This document shows, piece by piece, positions 47,250 to 52,950 of a stretch of DNA of 52,950 nt (its first letter is position 1; each line of letters opens with the position of its first letter). The notes beneath the pieces are model-generated. The model made no database searches and had not been told where the DNA came from. It was given only the letters and a program-made list of their open reading frames with translations. Position numbers and translations under genes: made by a program. The DNA is from a virus (lineage: Duplodnaviria; Caudoviricetes): positions 1-52,950 of IMG/VR virus record IMGVR_UViG_3300009008_000050; one strand, 5' to 3'.

Positions 47250-49305
47250 TGGCAGTAATTTTGAGACTAGTACCAATTATAATCTAATCGCATCCGGGGA
47301 CAATCCCTTTCTTGACATTAGCCAACTTTACTTCCCTCGCAATATAAAAGACGCCTTCCCGCTTGCGCGTACTATATTCTATACCAATGGTTTAGTACGG
47401 CAGGCTATAAAAAAATTAGCAGAGTATTCAATTACCGACCTTGAGTTTATCGCCCCCGAAGAAGGCTCTGGCATGCGCAAGGAAGAAATACAAAATGTAT
47501 ACAAGCGTATATTCTCGAAGCAATTAGATATAAAGAAATTCCTTATCTCTGTCGGACTCGATTACTTCGTATACGGCAACGCCTTCGTGTCGATCTACTT
47601 CCCATTTAAAAGAATGCTTACCTGCAAGAGTTGTGAAGAACAGATGCCGCTTTCGCTAAACGAGATTGCAGACTGGGAATACACTGATAAGGGTTATCGT
47701 GGCACCTGCCCGCGTTGTAAGAAAAAGGTAGAGTTTACCGCACAGGATAAAACTATACAGCAAGAAGACAGAATGCGTCTTATTCGCTGGAATCCCGAGA
47801 ACATCGACATAGAATATTATCCCTTTAGCGGCGAGAGAATCTATACATACGATCCCCCTGAAGAGATTCGCGCCAAGATACTAGGTGGCGACAAAGAGGC
47901 TATACTTCGCACGCCTACGCTTATTCTCAATGTAATCAAAGACGATAAAGTAGTAAAACTCAACCCACACGATCTCTTTCACTTCGTTGCGGAAAGCCCG
48001 ACTGATGAACAACAGGCCTGGGGTAAGGCTTTAATTATATGTGCGTTTAAAAACATTTTCTACGCATCCGTACTGCGTAAGGGCGCTGAGGCAATTGCGC
48101 TCGATCACATTATCCCCCTTCGAGTGCTTTTCCCACAGATCACGGGCTCTGAGGGCTTCCACTCGACTAGCGTAAGGCTTAGCAAAATAGAAAGCAAGCT
48201 GCGCTATGAGTTCACCGAGTGGAGGAAAGATAAAAACCGTGTTATCATTTCTCCTTTCCCCATGGGTATGCAATTCCTGGGCGGCCAAGGGCGTGGTCTT
48301 CTCCCCACGCCAGAGATTCAACAGGCGACTGAAGAAATCTTCCTTTCTCTAGGCTTACCCCAGGGATTGCTCATGGGTAGCGCACCGTGGGCTGCCAATA
48401 GCATCGCGATGCGTATTGTAGAGAATGCCTTCCTTACATATCGCAATCAATTACAGACAATTCTCGACTTCGTAAAAGACAGACTTAGAGACTACCTAGA
48501 CCTCCCTGACTGTACCGTACGGATGAAAGAATTTAAAATGATGGACGACGTACAATATAAGCAGCTTATGATGGGCCTTGCACAGGGTAGATTGATTTCT
48601 AAGCGTAGATTGCTTGAGATGTTTAACATCGATTACGAAGAGGAAATGGGCATTGTGCGCGACGAAATGAAAGATGAATCCATCTTCCAGGCAGAAGCAC
48701 AGGGCGAGATGATTAAAATCCAAGCCGGTATGCAGGATGAAATACAGGCATCACAGTCAGCGTCTATGATGGAACAGCAGAGCTCGCAAATGGAAGAGGT
48801 GGCTGAAAACTTCCTCTCAATTACGCAAAAATTCATTGACTCAGGCTGGCCTATGGATCAAGCTATTGGTATTGTTAATAACGTTATGCAACAGCAGATG
48901 TATATGCAAATGCAGCAGGCCGAGAAAGCCAAGGCAGACCAGGCAAGAGCCCTCTTTATGCAGGATCGTATGGCGTCTACCGGATGGAGCCTTGCAAGGG
49001 CACAGAGGCAGCTTAAGATGTTCGATGTTATGGATCAGTTTAACCCCGCGCCGACCCCGCAACAGTTCCAGGACGAAGGGCAATATGTTAATAGCCTCGT
49101 AAGTTATCTAATGCAACTCCCTGGCGACCAACGAGAAGCTCAGCTAAATAGTATTAAGAATAAAGACATCGCCTTCTTCGAACGCCTCGTAAATTACCTC
49201 AATGGTATGGGGATGAATGTAGGCGCACAGGATGGCGGAGGAACGAATAATAATATTAATCCATTACCGCAGGATAATGCACCCAGACGACAAGGATATA
49301 AATGA
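47242..49305 (+). CDS. Probable portal protein with a zinc-ribbon insertion and Gln/Met-rich C-terminus
   Basis: NGLVRQAIKKLAEY, LDYFVYGNAFV and LFHF...WG motifs typical of portals; CKSC...CPRC. Confidence 0.65.
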   Translation: MADGSNFETSTNYNLIASGDNPFLDISQLYFPRNIKDAFPLARTIFYTNGLVRQAIKKLAEYSITDLEFIAPEEGSGMRKEEIQNVYKRIFSKQLDIKKFLISVGLDYFVYGNAFVSIYFPFKRMLTCKSCEEQMPLSLNEIADWEYTDKGYRGTCPRCKKKVEFTAQDKTIQQEDRMRLIRWNPENIDIEYYPFSGERIYTYDPPEEIRAKILGGDKEAILRTPTLILNVIKDDKVVKLNPHDLFHFVAESPTDEQQAWGKALIICAFKNIFYASVLRKGAEAIALDHIIPLRVLFPQITGSEGFHSTSVRLSKIESKLRYEFTEWRKDKNRVIISPFPMGMQFLGGQGRGLLPTPEIQQATEEIFLSLGLPQGLLMGSAPWAANSIAMRIVENAFLTYRNQLQTILDFVKDRLRDYLDLPDCTVRMKEFKMMDDVQYKQLMMGLAQGRLISKRRLLEMFNIDYEEEMGIVRDEMKDESIFQAEAQGEMIKIQAGMQDEIQASQSASMMEQQSSQMEEVAENFLSITQKFIDSGWPMDQAIGIVNNVMQQQMYMQMQQAEKAKADQARALFMQDRMASTGWSLARAQRQLKMFDVMDQFNPAPTPQQFQDEGQYVNSLVSYLMQLPGDQREAQLNSIKNKDIAFFERLVNYLNGMGMNVGAQDGGGTNNNINPLPQDNAPRRQGYK

Positions 49306-49589
49306 AAGGTAACGCTGTAATTGGGATGAGTGTACCTACGGAAAAGCCTGACAACGTTAGGCTAACTAGACACTGTAAGCTTATTAATCTAACTGCCGAT
49401 GTTAATGGCGCGATGTATGAAGCTGCCGTTAATGAGCTTAGTGATAATGTAGATATACTCATAACTGATAAGGAGCTGCACTGGTCCGACGAGGGCGACT
49501 GTTCCCTTGTTATTTTCTATGAAAGGTATGAAGAAACGCCAGAGAAATCACCTAAGGCGCCTAAGGCAATGCAAAGTGCCATCCGCTGA
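49302..49589 (+). CDS. Hypothetical protein
   Basis: Start overlaps the portal stop; AAGGA RBS. Confidence 0.65.
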   Translation: MKGNAVIGMSVPTEKPDNVRLTRHCKLINLTADVNGAMYEAAVNELSDNVDILITDKELHWSDEGDCSLVIFYERYEETPEKSPKAPKAMQSAIR

Positions 49590-50343
49590 TTTTGATATAA
49601 AGCTCTCTGACTTCGACACGCTAACCCTAGAGGAAGAACTAGAGTTAGGAAAGTTAATTCAAGAAACCGACGACGTCGAGGCTCAAAATAAACTAATAAA
49701 AGCTAATATACGCTTCGTGTATTACATCATAAAGAAAAATTACAAAGTAACCGCCCGCCTTACCTTCGAAGATATGGTAGGTGAGGGTATGCTAGGCCTT
49801 GCAGAGGCGGCGAAGCGTTTCGATCCTAAACATGGGTGTAGATTCTCAGCATATGCACGACACTGGATACAGAAGCTATTGAATAAATATATCTACTCAC
49901 AGGCAACCGCCGTACACGTCCCTATTACAAAAATACGCACAATACATCGCCTACATAAACTTAGCGGGGAACTTGAGAAAAAAGAGGGCCGTGAAATCCG
50001 AGATGAAGACCTTGCCGAGCAATTAGGCCTTGACACCCTCTCTATATCGGGGGTTAGAGGAGCTTTCCAACCGATAGAAATAGAAGATCCTGACCATTTA
50101 GAAGGCAAAGAAATCGAAAGCGAACATTTTTCTATGGGCGTGCCACTAGGACACTTAGAAGAAGCTTTAGAAGCCCTCCCGGATTTAGAAAAAGACATCG
50201 TTTGTCGATATTATGGGGTTAACTGCCCAATGCAGACACTTCAGGAGATTGGAAAAATCTACGCACTCTCAAGGGAGCGTATACGACAACTCAAAAAAGA
50301 GTCCCTAGAAGCGCTTCGCAAAAAGTTAGACCCTGGGGCGTAG
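49576..50343 (+). CDS. RpoD/RpoS-like sigma70-family sigma factor
   Basis: Region 1.2 LTLEEELEL, region 2 KLIKANIRFV...GLAEAAKRFDP..G.RFSAYARHWI, region 4 TLQEIG...LSRERIRQL; GTG 49576 is the likely start. Confidence 0.92.
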   Translation: MPSADFDIKLSDFDTLTLEEELELGKLIQETDDVEAQNKLIKANIRFVYYIIKKNYKVTARLTFEDMVGEGMLGLAEAAKRFDPKHGCRFSAYARHWIQKLLNKYIYSQATAVHVPITKIRTIHRLHKLSGELEKKEGREIRDEDLAEQLGLDTLSISGVRGAFQPIEIEDPDHLEGKEIESEHFSMGVPLGHLEEALEALPDLEKDIVCRYYGVNCPMQTLQEIGKIYALSRERIRQLKKESLEALRKKLDPGA

Positions 50344-50408
50344 TCTAACTGGCAAAACACAGGGTTTTGGTCCCTGACTTGGAGGTTCGAGCCCTCCCGC
50401 CCCAGCCA
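50334..50408 (+). tRNA. tRNA-Gln (anticodon TTG)
   Basis: Acceptor TGGGGCG/CGCCCCA, anticodon arm CAGGG-TTTTGGT-CCCTG, T arm GGAGG-TTCGAGC-CCTCC, encoded CCA. Confidence 0.93.
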
Positions 50409-50897
50409 TTACTTTAATAAATATTTTTCAATCGCCCGCTGTAATTCAACATTCATATGAATCACTGTTTTTATGATGGGTAGTAATTTATACAAATTGT
50501 CCCCCGGACAATCTGTCTTCCCTACGTCTCTATGTGCAAGTATATCTTCAAGTGGATTAAGATTATATTTCTGACACAGCTCGGTTACAAGGCGAATTAA
50601 CGACGCTATCTGTAGCGGAGTAGGCTCTGTTTTCATAAAGGTACCAATAAGACTTACGCCGATAGACCCTTTATTAGACCCCCTAGCATGCGCACCCATT
50701 TTCTCTACGGGGCGACCCTCTTGAATCTCGCCATCTTTACCAGCCTTCCATTCGCCATTCTTTTTCCCGTTAGTAATAAGATAATGATAGCCTATATCTG
50801 ACCACTTATTGCGATCTACGTGAAGATAGCGAATAAATTCCCTATCGCCGCCTTTGGATTCGGTGTGATGGATGATTATTTTGTTTATTTTGCGCAT
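50409..50897 (-). CDS. N-acetylmuramoyl-L-alanine amidase (Amidase_2, T7 lysozyme-like endolysin)
   Basis: IIIHHT, WSDIGYHY, GAHARG.N..SIGV, AHRD...TDCPG; ATG 50897 has an AGAAAGGA RBS. Confidence 0.92.
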   Translation of the reverse strand: MRKINKIIIHHTESKGGDREFIRYLHVDRNKWSDIGYHYLITNGKKNGEWKAGKDGEIQEGRPVEKMGAHARGSNKGSIGVSLIGTFMKTEPTPLQIASLIRLVTELCQKYNLNPLEDILAHRDVGKTDCPGDNLYKLLPIIKTVIHMNVELQRAIEKYLLK

Positions 50898-50933
50898 AAC
50901 ATTCCTTTCTAAAAATGACGTTTTTACGTTATA

Positions 50934-50961
50934 ATTATATTCCGGGACATGTTTTTTGCAA
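50934..50961 (-). promoter_or_regulatory. Sigma70-like promoter of the amidase gene, with -35 inside a 24-bp palindrome
   Basis: Minus strand TTGCAA-N16-TATAAT. Confidence 0.55.
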
Positions 50962-50990
50962 AAAACATGTTTTGGTGAGCAGCGGAGTTT

Positions 50991-51296
50991 CCCCCCCCGC
51001 CCCCCAATCACAAAACGAAAAAGGGGGGGCGGGGGGGGCTCATTTCATTCGAAAGGAGGTGAAATGAGCGTGAAAAAGGCATCCCGCAAGCGCGGGGGGC
51101 GCATTCACCGAAGCGGCAGAACAAGCCGCCGGTGAACACGCCCCTCCCACTCTTCTACCCAAGAGTGGGAGTGCTAAAGCACAACACACGAAAGCATGCT
51201 AGTGTGTTGTGTATTATTAGCCACGGGAGAAATTCCCGGGCAAGTGGTAGTTGCATGTAGAGAGAGGGGGGAGGCCAATCCCCCCTCCTTTTTTTT
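50991..51296 (+). ncRNA. Candidate structured non-coding RNA or cis element (array of hairpins)
   Basis: At least six consecutive stem-loops ending in a plus-strand terminator. Confidence 0.4.
51264..51296 (+). terminator. Rho-independent terminator, plus-strand orientation
   Basis: GAGGGGGGA-ggccaa-TCCCCCCTC followed by C and T8. Confidence 0.7.
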
Positions 51297-51306
51297 ACAA
51301 CTTCCC

Positions 51307-51759
51307 CTAATATATTACAATCGAGTTATCCACAAGATACTCAACCCACTCTTCAAACCTATCTCCCTGGGAAGCAAGTGCTTCTACATATCTACAAGTG
51401 CTTGTTTCTACCACCACAAGGCAGTCTTCAAACACCATAACAAGGAAGTCCGAACTCCAAGTAACATCCCTGCTGACCCTACCAATAGCGCCTACTGCAA
51501 TGATAACTCTCTGTGTATCTTCGTCCTCAATTTTGGCGTGGTATAGGTCAGGGTATCCAAAATACCTATTTTCAAATCCAATTACATAGCATCTACCATA
51601 CTCGGGGGTATCTACGATGTTAGAATTGCACTCTACTCCCATTCTTCTTAGTTCCTGATATACAGCGTTAGCATCGCTCCAGTAAAGCGTACCATCCATT
51701 ACACCAGCCGATGCTGTTATTGCGAAGAACAGCATTAGAGTTAATATTGTCTTTTTCAC
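51307..51759 (-). CDS. Hypothetical secreted protein
   Basis: GAAAGGAG RBS, GTG start, Sec signal MKKTILTLMLFFAITASA. Confidence 0.8.
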   Translation of the reverse strand: MKKTILTLMLFFAITASAGVMDGTLYWSDANAVYQELRRMGVECNSNIVDTPEYGRCYVIGFENRYFGYPDLYHAKIEDEDTQRVIIAVGAIGRVSRDVTWSSDFLVMVFEDCLVVVETSTCRYVEALASQGDRFEEWVEYLVDNSIVIY

Positions 51760-51784
51760 TCTAGCGCTCCTTTCGTGTTAGTGT

Positions 51785-51807
51785 TTTCTACCAACGGTTG
51801 GTAGAAA
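51785..51807. promoter_or_regulatory. Operator-like inverted repeat
   Basis: TTTCTACCAAC-g-GTTGGTAGAAA; half-site TCTACCAAC recurs at 51868-51876. Confidence 0.45.
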
Positions 51808-51912
51808 GCGTTCCGGGGCTTCTGTACGCTTCGCTCCGCGTCAGACACCATATTAAAAACAATGCTATCTACCAACCCCTCTCAGCACATTTGGGCTTTG
51901 TGTAGTTAGCCA

Positions 51913-52278
51913 TTAATTTTCCTCCTCAAAGGCTCGCACCACCTCCCACAACTCCCCAGGATTTCTGGGGGCGTAGGTGATATTCTTTTCGGAGTCATGT
52001 ACAAAATACACACTATCTTCATCTGCGCATCCATCTTTTTTGAACCAATCGTGGGTAAGATCACCCTCTATTCCGTTGGCTTCGTAGAGCCACCACTCCA
52101 CCCAATCGTGGTAATGGGGCCATAACTTGCCTATAACGGCAAACAACGGCCCGTCCATAGTAAACACTGGAAAACCATCCATGGCGCTTTCTACCCCCGC
52201 CATAAACGTTTTTACGTTGGAGTGATGATCCCGGATGAGTTCGACCATCTCTACGAACTTCTCTTTGCTTATGTCCAC
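51913..52278 (-). CDS. Hypothetical phage protein
   Basis: Overlaps the upstream gene end; AAGGGG RBS. Confidence 0.75.
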   Translation of the reverse strand: MDISKEKFVEMVELIRDHHSNVKTFMAGVESAMDGFPVFTMDGPLFAVIGKLWPHYHDWVEWWLYEANGIEGDLTHDWFKKDGCADEDSVYFVHDSEKNITYAPRNPGELWEVVRAFEEEN

Positions 52279-52772
52279 ATGAACCCCCTTAGTTTAATTA
52301 GTCTCTCTAACGCCTCCTGGTCCTCTCTCTCGAATAGACGCTCTTGTTCTGCGCACCTTTCTAGAACCTTAAAGTATTCCTGGAAGTTTCCCCTTACGGC
52401 AGACATGTCGTCTCCGTTGCCGTCTAGTTGTCTGAGAGCGCTAGGGCGTCTTATCCCTTCGAAGTGGTCATCTGCGTAGGGGTCTTCTCTTTGTGGGCGC
52501 TCCTCTGTCCACCAGATGTAGAGTCGTTTAAGCTCTCTTAGCCCTTCGTTCATCACGCAATGCTCTTTGGGCTTCTCTTGCTCAAAGAAGTTTACGAGAA
52601 GTTGAAAGCAGGCGTGTAACATGATGTGGTCTTTATCCCACCAGCGCTCATCAAGGGTTTCGATGCGTAGTTTAAGTTTTAGCGCAGACTGCCAGTATTC
52701 CTTGATGTGTAACCATAAAATTAAAATCCACTTGGCTAGCCACTCCCAGATGGTTTGCTTCTCTTCTTTCAT
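52269..52772 (-). CDS. Hypothetical phage protein
   Basis: 167-aa ORF with WWDKDHIMLHACFQLLVNF motif; plausible RBS. Confidence 0.75.
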   Translation of the reverse strand: MKEEKQTIWEWLAKWILILWLHIKEYWQSALKLKLRIETLDERWWDKDHIMLHACFQLLVNFFEQEKPKEHCVMNEGLRELKRLYIWWTEERPQREDPYADDHFEGIRRPSALRQLDGNGDDMSAVRGNFQEYFKVLERCAEQERLFEREDQEALERLIKLRGFMWT

Positions 52773-52950
52773 CTCTATATACCATCCCCGCCCTCTTTAT
52801 GTTCAGTATGTTGGTCATTATCTTGTTTACCGTCCACCATGCTAACCCTTATCCCTTTCTTTCGTAAGGTTACGAAGGGTAAGGGACGGAACCTCGCCCC
52901 AGTCAAAATAACTTTCAGAAATCGCGATATCGATTTCGTCACCCTCTTCC

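Larger units (their letters stand above)
1..52950. mobile_element. Segment of a large myovirus-like bacteriophage genome (virion morphogenesis region)
   Basis: Tightly overlapping co-oriented genes for tape measure, baseplate gp25/J-like proteins, a portal-like protein, an amidase, a phage-type RNAP and sigma factors; no cellular housekeeping context. Confidence 0.93.

Noticed and set aside
50334-50408. tRNA as a prophage attachment site or host boundary
   Set aside because: No integrase or duplicated tRNA 3' end is seen, and genes on both sides are phage-like
50898-51011. N-terminal extension of the amidase ORF given in the ORF track
   Set aside because: It runs through promoter, palindrome and hairpin sequence; the RBS and family start fit ATG 50897
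51196-51546. Plus-strand 116-aa ORF, and the many short antisense ORFs nested in long genes
   Set aside because: They lack RBS or motifs and overlap better-supported genes; this one also crosses a terminator
52846-52937. Two hairpins near the window end
   Set aside because: Real inverted repeats, but the context is cut off by the window edge, so no function can be supported
1-52950. Genome-wide stop-codon reassignment
   Set aside because: Long ORFs are intact under the standard code, TAG and TGA both end genes with coupled downstream starts, and the tRNA anticodon is TTG rather than a suppressor

Overview
This window is a 53-kb segment of a large tailed (myovirus-like) bacteriophage genome, not a cellular chromosome. 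From left to right: (i) 381-14532, a block of predicted virion-internal/ejected proteins, including a 2088-aa single-chain beta-beta' RNA polymerase, a LysM protein, an M23 peptidase, a mosaic ART-like/ParB-like protein and about nine small proteins. Most carry a recurring K-x-[A/S/G] motif or a shared N-terminal leader, and by my reading there is only one cysteine in about 4,600 residues. (ii) 14601-37651, a contractile-tail module: a chaperone with a -1 frameshift site, tape measure, hub, gp25/J/I-like wedge proteins and fibre-like paralogs, with a sigma70-family gene inside it. (iii) 38344-45508, a glycosyltransferase/sulfotransferase cluster that is partly an AT-rich insert. (iv) 45505-50408, a portal-region operon ending in a second sigma factor and tRNA-Gln. 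(v) An amidase, a hairpin-dense intergenic region and small minus-strand genes. The best candidate for an undescribed system is a leader-tagged, cysteine-free head cargo containing a bacterial-type fused RNAP, possibly with its own sigma factor. All calls come from motifs read by eye; no searches were run.
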